64,000 nucleotides of DNA from positions 1 to 64,000 of the IMG/VR virus record IMGVR_UViG_3300042549_005585, one strand, 5' to 3'. Shown here one piece after another: positions 1 to 10,176 of the stretch; position 1 is the first letter of the stretch; each line of letters starts with the position of its first letter. Source of the stretch: a virus. A program made the translations under genes and the position numbers. Below the pieces are notes generated by a model. The model was given only the letters and a program-made list of their open reading frames with translations, made no database searches and was not told the DNA's origin.

Positions 1-368
1 ATAGCGGCATCATCCTCTTGTCTATCATAATAAAATACCCCTGCTATAAGTGTGTTTGGATGAGTATGTGCTTTATGAAATTGTCCTGGCATTTTATATG
101 TTAGCCAAGATTGAGCAAACTGTAATTCTTTGTAATCATAACGCATTACTTCAGTCGCAAATTCTTTGAAACATCCCATTATCCAATTAGACAATGGAGC
201 ACATACTGGGCTATCAATGATATAGCTGTTTTTTGAGATCATTCCATAACCAGGATTGGTCTCATTCATCTCAGCAGAATCAAAATACTTTACTATTTCA
301 GTAGTATCTCCAGGGTATGTGTTTACATACAGTGGTGTCGGGAACAAATTAAATACTTGAGCACTCAT
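1..368 (-). CDS. 2OG-Fe(II) oxygenase, TIGR02466-like (partial, runs off the left edge; not in ORF track)
   Basis: Hand translation from ATG at 368 gives MSAQVFNLFPTPLY...W..Y..PGQFHKAHTHPNTLIAGVFYY, the FPTP start and HxH motif also seen in the neighbouring gene. Confidence 0.8.
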   Translation of the reverse strand, partial: MSAQVFNLFPTPLYVNTYPGDTTEIVKYFDSAEMNETNPGYGMISKNSYIIDSPVCAPLSNWIMGCFKEFATEVMRYDYKELQFAQSWLTYKMPGQFHKAHTHPNTLIAGVFYYDRQEDDAA

Positions 369-374
369 AACAAT

Positions 375-405
375 TAAATATAACTAATTACTTTGGTAAA
401 ACAAA
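375..405 (-). promoter_or_regulatory. Bacteroidota-type sigma70 promoter (-33/-7), weaker match
   Basis: TTTGTT-N17-TATATTTA, 6 nt before ATG 368. Confidence 0.5.
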
Positions 406-978
406 GTTAAATGCGATAGAGATTCTCTCTAAATCACTATCATTTCTATCTACTCTATGACGAGTAAATGATGGGAACAAATAAGTCATTCCAGTTAATG
501 GTTGCTTAGATGATGATTGAGAAGTGAATGGAGTTAAACCTTGTACTTGTGATGGTAAAAAGTATTCCATATGGTCATTTCTCTCTAATATCAAATTTCC
601 CATGTTTGACGTTGGTACGTCTACATAATAAACGCCTGAAATAATACCTCCAAAATGATCATGAAGTAAATTATAGTCATGTTTACCATTAATATTGATC
701 CAAAAATTACCTAACTCTAATCCAGAAATACCAGTGGTTTTAGCACAGTAGGTATTAACAAACTCAGTTAAATCTTTGAATAATGCCTCTAGTTCTGTAG
801 GCAATGGTGTTAGTATTTCTCTTGAGTGCCAACCACCTTTATTTGATAATTGTACACCTTGAGTTTTCTCACGTGTTTCTAAACAATACTCTTTAATTTT
901 AGTATTGTCCAAATCTTTTGCATAAACGCTCCATAACGGAGTATAGAAGAGTAACTCTTCATTTACATTAAATTCCAT
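388..978 (-). CDS. 2OG-Fe(II) oxygenase, TIGR02466-like
   Basis: FYTPLW, SNKGGWHS, WININ...HDH...ISGVYY, FPSF..H.V, RISIAFN motifs. Confidence 0.85.
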   Translation of the reverse strand: MEFNVNEELLFYTPLWSVYAKDLDNTKIKEYCLETREKTQGVQLSNKGGWHSREILTPLPTELEALFKDLTEFVNTYCAKTTGISGLELGNFWININGKHDYNLLHDHFGGIISGVYYVDVPTSNMGNLILERNDHMEYFLPSQVQGLTPFTSQSSSKQPLTGMTYLFPSFTRHRVDRNDSDLERISIAFNFVLPK

Positions 979-983
979 AACTA

Positions 984-1598
984 TTATTTATAAGGTTCAC
1001 CTCCTGTCCAGAATACCAATGCTTTTCTTGTTCCTTTAGTTACAGGAGTCACACGGTGCATTAGGAAAGAAGGAAATATTAATACTGTACCTTTCTCTTT
1101 AGGCATAGTAATGAAGTGTCCTTCATCACCTCCATACCAAATATGGAAATCGCCACCTTCATATTCGCTCGGGTCGCTTAATTGCACGGTTAGTGACAAT
1201 TTACGGCGGTTAACTTCGCCGTACCCTACATCCATATGCCATCTTAGGTGTCCTCCTTCAGGCGGGTAAATCACGTAATGAATTGGATCAGTCACGTATT
1301 GGATGTCAAAATTATATAATTCTCTATTGGCTTGTAATACTAGTGGTTCTAGTGCGTCATACAACCATTTTGAGTGTTCTACGGGGTTAACATAAGCGAT
1401 TCGTCTAACATTTGATGTTGGATCATCACTTGAGTTACCATATGAGTCAGATGTTTTTCCATTCTCAAATTTATACCCATTAGAATAGATCATGTCATCT
1501 AATCTCTTAAGCATGTCATCTGTGAAGGCAGACTTAAAATAATAAAAGTCAGAGAAGTTAGTTTTTGTCTCTTGATGGAGATGGGGTCTTAATAACAT
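984..1598 (-). CDS. 2OG-Fe(II) oxygenase (PKHD/prolyl-4-hydroxylase type)
   Basis: WHMD, RKLSLTVQLSDPSEYEGGD, FPSFLMHRVTPVTKGTR. Confidence 0.9.
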   Translation of the reverse strand: MLLRPHLHQETKTNFSDFYYFKSAFTDDMLKRLDDMIYSNGYKFENGKTSDSYGNSSDDPTSNVRRIAYVNPVEHSKWLYDALEPLVLQANRELYNFDIQYVTDPIHYVIYPPEGGHLRWHMDVGYGEVNRRKLSLTVQLSDPSEYEGGDFHIWYGGDEGHFITMPKEKGTVLIFPSFLMHRVTPVTKGTRKALVFWTGGEPYK

Positions 1599-1605
1599 AA
1601 AACAT

Positions 1606-2184
1606 TTATTTGTAGTGGACGTACCACCCTGTTAAAACATATTTTGTTTGTGTTTGTGAAGTTAAACCACGGTGTAAGTACATCCAATCACTAGGCCAGA
1701 TAATTAATTTACCTGCTTGTGGTTGTTCAATGTGTTGTTGGTAGTAGAACTGAGTTCCACCACCATCTGTTACATCGTTTAAATAAAACATCCAAGCCAA
1801 TATTCTGTTTGAATGAGTCAATCCTGCTCTCTCACAATGCCATCCATGAAATCCTTCTCCTGGAGTGTAGCGTTGCATATTGAATTGATCATTCAGTCGA
1901 AAATCATCCATATTGTTCATCGCCATATCAAACCTAGAAATATAATCTTCCATACCATGAGATAAAGTATCAACTACTGCTTGTAATTGAGGACCCCATA
2001 CTGGATCTTTAATAAATGAAGGATCAAAAGTAATGTCAGTGGAAGACTTAACGTCATGTTTCTCGACTGTTTCTCCTAGGTACCCTATAGCACCTCGTTT
2101 CTGTAATGGAGACTGTTCAAAACTTTGAATCAACACGTTACACAGATCTACTGGTAACGCGTTGGGCTTAGAATATAAAAACAT
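1606..2184 (-). CDS. 2OG-Fe(II) oxygenase (P4H-like)
   Basis: WHCE, RILAWMFYLNDVTDGGGT, WP....YLHRG, KYVLTGW. Confidence 0.9.
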   Translation of the reverse strand: MFLYSKPNALPVDLCNVLIQSFEQSPLQKRGAIGYLGETVEKHDVKSSTDITFDPSFIKDPVWGPQLQAVVDTLSHGMEDYISRFDMAMNNMDDFRLNDQFNMQRYTPGEGFHGWHCERAGLTHSNRILAWMFYLNDVTDGGGTQFYYQQHIEQPQAGKLIIWPSDWMYLHRGLTSQTQTKYVLTGWYVHYK

Positions 2185-2187
2185 TTA

Positions 2188-2925
2188 TTACTGGTTTTGT
2201 TCTGGTTGTGCTGCTTGTAGTTCTGGTGTTAAGTGACCGTTTGGATTGAACGATAATTTCTTAATTGTCTTACCATCACCACCTTCAGCTAACAAGTTTT
2301 GTTCTTTCAAGCGATGCATTGTTTGTAATGGACCCATGATGTTTTGTACTTCAGTTGGATCTGAATGTTCATTCAATGTTTGTGCTCTATTTAACAATGT
2401 TAAGTGTAACGCTTCAACTTGATGCGTGTTAACATTCTTATTATCGAATTGACCGTTGTCTAATTCTTTTTTGATTTCAGACCATGTATTGATCTCACGT
2501 ACTCTATCTTTAGCTGTTTGCTCCATAGATGCACGCTCGTATATGTTTTGATCTAAGTCAATAGAGATTTCAGCAGCGTCTAACTCATCTTGAGTCTCGC
2601 TTAATTTTTTCTCTAATTTTTTACGCTTAATTTCATTACGTCTTAATTCAAACGATAATGATACTAAATTCTCAAACATAGCTGACTGTTCTCTCACTGC
2701 TTGCCAATACTTGGATGCAGGAGTTGGATGTTTAACGTCGTTTAATACTGAAACGCGCATTTCGGTTTCGGTTCTAAAGATCTGACGTTTAGACCAAGTG
2801 TCAGTTAATTCTTCTCTTAATTCTTTAATGATTTGAGCGTCATGCTCTTTCAATACATTAAGAACAGGAGCAAGTTCGCTAACCGGAGTTAGTTCAACTT
2901 GCTCGTTTGTTTTATTTTCTTCCAT
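2188..2925 (-). CDS. hypothetical coiled-coil protein next to Kelch-fibre genes
   Basis: 245-aa ORF with a heptad-rich, charged helical central region. Confidence 0.7.
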   Translation of the reverse strand: MEENKTNEQVELTPVSELAPVLNVLKEHDAQIIKELREELTDTWSKRQIFRTETEMRVSVLNDVKHPTPASKYWQAVREQSAMFENLVSLSFELRRNEIKRKKLEKKLSETQDELDAAEISIDLDQNIYERASMEQTAKDRVREINTWSEIKKELDNGQFDNKNVNTHQVEALHLTLLNRAQTLNEHSDPTEVQNIMGPLQTMHRLKEQNLLAEGGDGKTIKKLSFNPNGHLTPELQAAQPEQNQ

Positions 2926-2944
2926 ATGTGTTATAACAATTTAT

Positions 2945-2976
2945 TGAATGTAACTAATTTATTTGGACAAGCCAAA
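2945..2976 (-). promoter_or_regulatory. Bacteroidota-type sigma70 promoter
   Basis: TTTGGC-N18-TACATTCA. Confidence 0.65.
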
Positions 2977-2984
2977 CACCTCCA

Positions 2985-3248
2985 TTAAGGAAGTGTAATG
3001 TCTTGTGGTCCAACTTGGTTTGGCTCATTTTCGTTAGGAACGAAGTTAGCTTTTGCTTCAGCAATTACCGCGTCAACGATAGCTTGAGCTTCTGCTTTTG
3101 TTTTCTCAACTGCACTTACACGTGCACCCCATGCTGCGTTTTCTGTTACGAATACGTTTCCTGGGTATTCAGCGATATGTGCTGTTGCGTTGTCAGCGTG
3201 AGTGATAAATCCTTCAACACCTGGGTTTTGAATAACGAAATATTTCAT
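2985..3248 (-). CDS. small hypothetical protein (possible fibre accessory/assembly factor)
   Basis: 87-aa ORF directly downstream of the Kelch fibre, with its own ATATTTAT motif. Confidence 0.6.
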   Translation of the reverse strand: MKYFVIQNPGVEGFITHADNATAHIAEYPGNVFVTENAAWGARVSAVEKTKAEAQAIVDAVIAEAKANFVPNENEPNQVGPQDITLP

Positions 3249-3285
3249 TTGTTTTTTGTTTTATGTGATTATAAATATGTTATTA

Positions 3286-6213
3286 TTATTTAGAAACTGA
3301 TGAGTATTTTTGTAATTCATCTAAGTTAAAGTATAGTGGTTGGTATGTGATACCTGTGTGATTATACTTTTGTGTAGCAGCCGATGTTGTAGGAGCATTT
3401 CCTCCAAACATTGCAGCTCTTGATTGAGTACCAGATACTCCAAAATTTGAAGTTGCTGTAAGTAAAGGAGAAGTAACAGACCAAGCTGTTCCATTATATT
3501 CTTCAGTACAAGTGGCAATAGTTGGTGTTGTTCCTCCAGAGTATAAAGCGGCATTTTGAGTACCAGCGTTATTACCTTGAGATCTAGCTGTGTTTAAGTT
3601 ACCACCTGATGACCAAGATGAGCCATTATATTTACAAGAAGAACTTAATAATGCTGGGAAAGTACCTCCTGCAATTAAGCCAGAGTTTTGTGTACCAGCT
3701 CCTGAACCACCTCTGTATCGAGCAGCTCCTAAAGCACAACCCGCTGACCAAGACGTACCATTAAATACTTCAACACAAGCGTTTACTGAAGCAGCTGTAC
3801 TATATCCTCCAGCTACTACTGCCGCGTTTTGAGTACCTATACCATAAAGTTGGTATCTAGCAGTACTTAAAGCTCCAGACGCTGCCCAAGCTGATCCATT
3901 ATACAATTCAGTACATGTTACATAAGCTGGAGCTGCTAATCCGCCAGCACCCCAAGCGGCGTTTTGTTGGCCACCTCCTGCTAAAGCTCTTCTAGCAGTA
4001 ATTAATGGACTTGATACAGTCCAAGAATAACCATTAAATGCTTCTGAACAAGCACAATCTACATTCACTACTCCACCAAATGCTAAAGCACTATTTTGAG
4101 TACCAGCTCCTGCTAAGTTAAATCTAGCAGTGTTTAAGTTAGCTGAGTTATTCCAAACACCATTACCACCATTAATTGTGACATTAAATTGGTTAGTATC
4201 ACGGTTATAGAATATTTGTCCTGGTTCACATATACGTTTGATTTCGTTTGCGGTCACATTACCAATTGAGGTAAGTGTGCATGTAGTATATGTGGTTGGG
4301 ACGTTGTAAAGTTCAGTACAAGTCACATTAGTCGGAGTCTGACCTCCAAAAGCAACAGCGGCTGTTTGAGAACCAGCACCACCACCTACTGCTCTAGATG
4401 TAATTAAACTACCTCCTGTTGACCAAGCTACACCATTGTATTCATAAGACCTATTTGTAACAGTAGGTTGAGCTGGAGCATACCCTCCCATAGATAAAGC
4501 TGAGTTTTGTGTTCCTGATCCTATTGGGTAGTTGGTTGGTTGAGGAAGAGCAGCTGCAGCATACCAAGTAGTTCCATTATATGCTTCTGTACAACTACAT
4601 ACATTCGGTCCACATGTACCACCAAATCCTAAAGCAGCATTTTGAGTACCAACACCAGTACCTAGTTGTCTTGGATTGTTAATATTATTTCCTGCGGCCC
4701 AAGTTGAACCATTAAATTTTTCTGTAGTAGATAAGCCACCACCACTACCACCAGCGGAAACAGCAGCATTTTGTGTACCGGCTACCATAGAACCGTATCT
4801 AGCGTTGATTAAAGCTCCTGTAGTAGACCAGGTTGATCCATTCCATTTTTCTGTACAACCACAAGTACTAGAGTTGAAACCGCCTATGACTAATCCAGCA
4901 GAAGTAGATCCTACTCCATTTGTTAATCTTCTAGCTGTAATTAAACCAGTACAAGAAGACCAAGTTGAGCCGTTAAATGCTTCTACACAAGATACTACTG
5001 TAGGTGTATACCCTCCAGCACTCAGAGCAGATGTTTGAGTACCGAATCCAGCATTACGAGCTACAGCATTAATCATTGCACCACTAGCACTCCAAGTACC
5101 AGCACCATAAGACACACCCACAGCCTTAAATTGGCCTGAGTTGTTGTCATAATATATTTTACCTGCTGTTGGATCAAGTTGTTGTTCCGCAGGTTGATTA
5201 GTTACTGTTTCAATAGTGGCTATCTTACAGGTTTTTATGTTTGTTGTTGTGTAAGCTTCTGTGCATGTGTTTGAAACTCCTGGAGATGAAGATCCACCAA
5301 ATGCTAAACCTTGTGACTGAGTACCTGAACCTCCTAATCTACATCTATTTGTAATCATACTGCCACCTACTGTCCAAGATGTACCATTATATTCTTCTGT
5401 TCCTACTAATCCTGAGTCGCCATAACCACCAAATGATAAAGCGATATTTTGAGTACCAGCTAAGCTAGAGGCTCTTTTAGCATTAATCATAGATGGGCCA
5501 GCCGCCCAAGAAACACCATTAGATAATTCTGTACATGCTACAATAGCAGATGGAGAATTACCACCAGTAGCGATAGCGGCGTTTTGAGTACCCCCACCAG
5601 CGCCTGCTCTTACAGCTGTAATTAAACCACTACAACTTGACCAAGATATACCGTTGAATCCTTCTGTATATGGTGAAGTAGCACCACCAAATGCTAATGC
5701 TGCATTTTGAGTACCAGCGCCTGATAGAATACCTCTAGCATTAATTACACCTCCTGTAGCAGCCCAAGCCGTACCATTAAATTTTTCAGTACATGTTATT
5801 TGTGTATTTACTGATTGGTAACCAGCAATTGCTAAGCCAGCGTTTTGAGTACCAGCGGCTGCTGAGCCATGTCTACCATTTATTAAAGCAGTAGCAGCTG
5901 ACCAAACAGTGCCATTATATCTTTCAACGCATGAAGTATGGGTTGGAGTAACATAACCACCAAATGATAAAGCTGCGTTTTGTGTACCAGTACCCGCTAT
6001 AGCTACTCTTGCTGTAATTAACGCACCTCCACTAGCCCATACACCACCTCCTGTACCTAAACCTGTTACTTGTAAATCTTCACTAGCTATATCGAAATAA
6101 GCTTGACCAACTGATGATGTCACAGGTGAAGATCCTGATGTGTAACTGGCGTATGTTAAGGGCGTGTTACTTAATATTACTGAACCTGTTATGACTGCGT
6201 TATGAATTAACAT
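3286..6213 (-). CDS. Kelch-like multi-beta-propeller virion/receptor-binding protein (3 propeller blocks)
   Basis: About 45-aa repeats R....aGTQnAaLafGG....CTE.yNGt.W, grouped into three blocks by linkers. Confidence 0.85.
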   Translation of the reverse strand: MLIHNAVITGSVILSNTPLTYASYTSGSSPVTSSVGQAYFDIASEDLQVTGLGTGGGVWASGGALITARVAIAGTGTQNAALSFGGYVTPTHTSCVERYNGTVWSAATALINGRHGSAAAGTQNAGLAIAGYQSVNTQITCTEKFNGTAWAATGGVINARGILSGAGTQNAALAFGGATSPYTEGFNGISWSSCSGLITAVRAGAGGGTQNAAIATGGNSPSAIVACTELSNGVSWAAGPSMINAKRASSLAGTQNIALSFGGYGDSGLVGTEEYNGTSWTVGGSMITNRCRLGGSGTQSQGLAFGGSSSPGVSNTCTEAYTTTNIKTCKIATIETVTNQPAEQQLDPTAGKIYYDNNSGQFKAVGVSYGAGTWSASGAMINAVARNAGFGTQTSALSAGGYTPTVVSCVEAFNGSTWSSCTGLITARRLTNGVGSTSAGLVIGGFNSSTCGCTEKWNGSTWSTTGALINARYGSMVAGTQNAAVSAGGSGGGLSTTEKFNGSTWAAGNNINNPRQLGTGVGTQNAALGFGGTCGPNVCSCTEAYNGTTWYAAAALPQPTNYPIGSGTQNSALSMGGYAPAQPTVTNRSYEYNGVAWSTGGSLITSRAVGGGAGSQTAAVAFGGQTPTNVTCTELYNVPTTYTTCTLTSIGNVTANEIKRICEPGQIFYNRDTNQFNVTINGGNGVWNNSANLNTARFNLAGAGTQNSALAFGGVVNVDCACSEAFNGYSWTVSSPLITARRALAGGGQQNAAWGAGGLAAPAYVTCTELYNGSAWAASGALSTARYQLYGIGTQNAAVVAGGYSTAASVNACVEVFNGTSWSAGCALGAARYRGGSGAGTQNSGLIAGGTFPALLSSSCKYNGSSWSSGGNLNTARSQGNNAGTQNAALYSGGTTPTIATCTEEYNGTAWSVTSPLLTATSNFGVSGTQSRAAMFGGNAPTTSAATQKYNHTGITYQPLYFNLDELQKYSSVSK

Positions 6214-6251
6214 GCGTTATTGTGTTTTGTATATTGTATTTCAAATAAATA

Positions 6252-9200
6252 TTAAATAGATTTAGTAGAAAAACGTTGTAATTCAGCTAAGTTGAAATAT
6301 ACTGGTTGGTAAGTAACGCCTGTATGATTATATTTTTCTACACAAGTTACAGCGCCAGGAGCATATCCTCCTGCAGCTAATGATCTACCCTGAGTACCAA
6401 TATTTTGGCCAACACTTTTTCTAGCTGTACCCATAGTACCTCCGGATGACCATGATGTTCCATTATATTCTTCTGTGCATGCTATGTTTGTTGGTGTAGC
6501 TCCACCAAATGTCACAGCTGAGTTTTGAAGTCCGCCGTTAGAGTTATCAAATCTACCTGTTATTAAAGCAGGTCCTGTTAACCAAGTAGAACCATTAAAT
6601 AATTCTGTACACGCTCCCGCTCCAGGAGCACCACCAGTCACAATAGCGGCATTTTGAGTACCACTTCCACCTCCGCGATATCTAGCAGCTGATAAAGCCC
6701 CACTAGAAGCCCATGCTGTTCCATTATATTTTTCAGTACAAGAAAGATTACCAGGGCCATATCCTCCAGATGCTAAAGCAGCATTTTGAGAACCTGCTCC
6801 AAATAAGAATCTTCTAGCTGTGATTAAAGCAGTGCCTGCTGCCCAAGTCACACCATTAAATGCTTCTACACATGATACGTTTGTAGCGCCGGAAGGAGTA
6901 GCACCTCCAAATCCTAAAGTTGCGTTTTGAACACCAGAAGCGGCTAGTCTAGCCCTTCCTGTAATTAAAACAGCTCCGGATGTCCAAGAATAACCATTAA
7001 ATAATTCTGTACACCCAACAATACCAGTAGGGGAGCTATAACCCCCCATAAGTATAGCGGCATTTTGTGTACCAGTTCCTGCAGCTTCTGCTCTAACTGT
7101 TGTTAAACTAGTTGTATTACTCCAAACACCATTACCATCATTAATTGTTACTGCTAATTGGTTAGTATCTCTATTATAGAATAATTGTCCTGGTTCACAA
7201 ATACGTTTAATTTCATTTGCTGTCACGTTACCTATTGATGTAAGAGTACATGTTGTTGTGATAGTTGGGATTGTGTAAAGTTCTGTACATGATACAACTG
7301 ATGGAGCTTGTCCACCAAATGCTAATCCTGATGTTTGTGTTCCTGCGCCTGCTGTAAATGATCTAGCAGTAGTTATATTTCCTCCTATATTCCAAGATAC
7401 ACCATTAAATTCTTCAGTTGTATTGCTTATTGCTGGGTTTTGTCCTGCTGCTATAACAGCGTTGTTTTGTGTGCCAAATCCTGCAGCTACACGGTGATTA
7501 CAGTTAGTAGACGTTGCGGCGTACCAAGTTGTACCATCAAACTTAATAGCACATTTAGTATTAGTTGGAGTGTTTATACTTATATATAAAGCTGCGTTTT
7601 GTGTACCTACAAGAGTACCACCTTCTGTAACTTGAGGTGTACCAGTAGATGTGGCCCATGTTGAACCATTGAATTTTTCAGTGCATGTTCTTGCTGTAGC
7701 TGGAGCAGAGGGAGAATATCCTCCAACAGCTAAAGCTGAATTTTGAGTGCCGGTTCCAGTTAAAATATATCTAGCAAATCCTAAAGTACCTGTGGAAGAC
7801 CAAGTAGAACCATTATATTTTTCAGTGCATGCTACTACAGCTCCTGGTCCTGTAGCTCCACCAAATATCAATCCAGCATTTGTAGTACCCGCAGCCCCTC
7901 CTAAAAATCTAGCAGTAATTATAGCCCCACCCGCTGCCCAAGTAGAACCATTATATATTTCTGTACATGTTAATTTAGCTCCTGCTGGAGAATCACCACC
8001 AGCTGCTAAAGCCGCGGTTGAAGTACCTGCACCAAAAATACCTTGTCTAGCTGAGATTAAAGCCGTTACGACGCTCCAAGTACCAGCACCATATGACTGA
8101 CCAGTTACTTTAAATTGTTTTGAGTTGGTGTCATAAAATATTTTTCCTTCAATATCAGGCAATTGTTGTTGTGCCTTATCTTGAGTTGCAAATTCAATTG
8201 TTGGGATATAACATGTTTGGATGTTTGTTGTGTTATATGCTTCAGTAGATGAGGCTGCTGCTGGTGTGAGACCACCAAATGCTAAAGCAGCGGCTTGAGT
8301 ACCTGTTCCACCTAATTTTTCACGAGCAGTAATCATAGCATTATTTGTAGACCAAGTAGTACCATTATATTCTTCAACACATGAAACTATAGCTCCATTA
8401 TTACCTCCCATTGCTATAGCAACATTTTGAGTACCTCCAGCAGCTAAACGATTTCTACCAGTAATCATGTTACCACCTATAGTCCAAGCTATACCATTGT
8501 ATGCTTGAGTACAAGTAGGATCACCACCTACTGTTAAAGCTGCATTTTGAGTACCAGCGGCTGCTGAACTATGTAATCCAGTAATTAAAGCTCCACCTAC
8601 AGTCCAAGCTACACTATTAAAAGATTCAACACATGTTCTTCCTGTAGGAGCAATATAAGCACCCATTGCTAAAGCGGCATTTTGAACACCAGTAGAAGCT
8701 AAATAAGCACGAGCACAGTTTAAGTTACCAGTTGCTGACCATGCAATTCCATTATATTTTTCAGTATTAGCTGCAGCTCCTGGGTTACCACCGCCTGCAG
8801 ATAAAGCAGCGTTTTGAGTACCTACACCTCCAAATGAAAATCCTCTAGCTGTAATTAAACCTCCAGTAGTGGACCAAGTTGATCCATTATATCTTTCTGT
8901 GCATGATACTACAGTAGGAGCAAAACCACCAAATGATAAAGCAGCATTTGTTGTACCCGCACTAGTTTGACTATTAATAGCAGTAATCATAGCACCTCCA
9001 CTTGACCATACACCACCACCACTACCAACACCACTTATTCTTAAAGTTGTGTTTGTGCTATCAAAAAATATTTGTCCTGCTGAACCTGTAACTGGGGCGC
9101 TACCAGTAGCAAATGGGGCTAAAGCTAAACTACCACTTAATATTGAAATATTTCCTGTAACTGTTGAATAGTCAAGTGACTTGATACAAGTAAATACTGT

Positions 9201-10175
9201 AGTACCAGGTGTACCTGGTGTACCTGCAGTGAATACTTCAGTAGTTGCTGTAGAAGGAGCGGCTCCAACACATTTACCACCAAATGCTAAAGCTGATGCT
9301 TGAGTACCGGCACCATTTCCACATCTTCTACCTGTAATCATAGCTACAGAAGTAGACCAAGTAGTACCATTAAATAATTCTGTACAAGTAGCGGTTGCAG
9401 GGGTACCACCAAAAACAATAGCTGCTGTTTGAGTACCAGCTCCTGCTACTTCTCTAGCAGTACTTAACGCACCAGTTGAAGACCAAGTAGATCCATTATA
9501 AAGTTCTGTACATGTTAGGACAGTGAAAGAAGCACCTTGACCACCAGCAAATAAACCTGCGTTTGTTGTACCTGCTCCAGCTCCATATTGTCTAGCAGTG
9601 ATTATAGCTCCACCAGCAGACCAAGCGGTACCATTAAATATTTCTGTACATCTAACTTGAGTAGGTGAAAAACATCCTCCTACTGCTAAAGCGGCGTTTT
9701 GGGTTCCTAATCCAGCGATTCCACATCTAGCTGTGATCATTGCTCCTGTTGATGACCAAGCAGAGCCATTATATTTTTCAGCACAAGTTAGCATGGCACT
9801 TGGGAAATTTGACTTATATCCACCAAATGCTAAAGCAGCATTTGCTGTTCCTGCTCCACCTAAACCTACTCTTCCTGTAATCATTGCTCCACCTCCAGAC
9901 CAAGATGAACCGTTGTATGCTTCTGTACATGCAAATGGACCAGGAGCTACACTTGAATAACCTCCAAATGCTAAAGCGGCTGTAGCAGTACCTGCGCTAC
10001 CCATACCATATCTAGCTGTACTTAAAGCACCACCCGCTGTCCAAACAGCAGTTATTGGGGCAATAGCTCCTGATACAGAAGATGAAAAGTAATTTAAAGT
10101 GACATTCCCAGTTAGCGCTGTGCTGCCGCTCATTGTTAGACTACCACTGATTGTTGTTGACTGTAATATTGCCAT
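6252..10175 (-). CDS. Kelch-like multi-beta-propeller protein (4 blocks), paralogue of 3286..6213
   Basis: Same repeat; linkers and C-terminus nearly identical to the neighbour. Confidence 0.85.
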   Translation of the reverse strand: MAILQSTTISGSLTMSGSTALTGNVTLNYFSSSVSGAIAPITAVWTAGGALSTARYGMGSAGTATAALAFGGYSSVAPGPFACTEAYNGSSWSGGGAMITGRVGLGGAGTANAALAFGGYKSNFPSAMLTCAEKYNGSAWSSTGAMITARCGIAGLGTQNAALAVGGCFSPTQVRCTEIFNGTAWSAGGAIITARQYGAGAGTTNAGLFAGGQGASFTVLTCTELYNGSTWSSTGALSTAREVAGAGTQTAAIVFGGTPATATCTELFNGTTWSTSVAMITGRRCGNGAGTQASALAFGGKCVGAAPSTATTEVFTAGTPGTPGTTVFTCIKSLDYSTVTGNISILSGSLALAPFATGSAPVTGSAGQIFFDSTNTTLRISGVGSGGGVWSSGGAMITAINSQTSAGTTNAALSFGGFAPTVVSCTERYNGSTWSTTGGLITARGFSFGGVGTQNAALSAGGGNPGAAANTEKYNGIAWSATGNLNCARAYLASTGVQNAALAMGAYIAPTGRTCVESFNSVAWTVGGALITGLHSSAAAGTQNAALTVGGDPTCTQAYNGIAWTIGGNMITGRNRLAAGGTQNVAIAMGGNNGAIVSCVEEYNGTTWSTNNAMITAREKLGGTGTQAAALAFGGLTPAAASSTEAYNTTNIQTCYIPTIEFATQDKAQQQLPDIEGKIFYDTNSKQFKVTGQSYGAGTWSVVTALISARQGIFGAGTSTAALAAGGDSPAGAKLTCTEIYNGSTWAAGGAIITARFLGGAAGTTNAGLIFGGATGPGAVVACTEKYNGSTWSSTGTLGFARYILTGTGTQNSALAVGGYSPSAPATARTCTEKFNGSTWATSTGTPQVTEGGTLVGTQNAALYISINTPTNTKCAIKFDGTTWYAATSTNCNHRVAAGFGTQNNAVIAAGQNPAISNTTEEFNGVSWNIGGNITTARSFTAGAGTQTSGLAFGGQAPSVVSCTELYTIPTITTTCTLTSIGNVTANEIKRICEPGQLFYNRDTNQLAVTINDGNGVWSNTTSLTTVRAEAAGTGTQNAAILMGGYSSPTGIVGCTELFNGYSWTSGAVLITGRARLAASGVQNATLGFGGATPSGATNVSCVEAFNGVTWAAGTALITARRFLFGAGSQNAALASGGYGPGNLSCTEKYNGTAWASSGALSAARYRGGGSGTQNAAIVTGGAPGAGACTELFNGSTWLTGPALITGRFDNSNGGLQNSAVTFGGATPTNIACTEEYNGTSWSSGGTMGTARKSVGQNIGTQGRSLAAGGYAPGAVTCVEKYNHTGVTYQPVYFNLAELQRFSTKSI

Positions 10176-10176
10176 A

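Noticed and set aside
3286-10175. Diversity-generating retroelement TR/VR pair
   Set aside because: Both copies are coding, differences are not adenine-specific, and no reverse transcriptase is present in the window.
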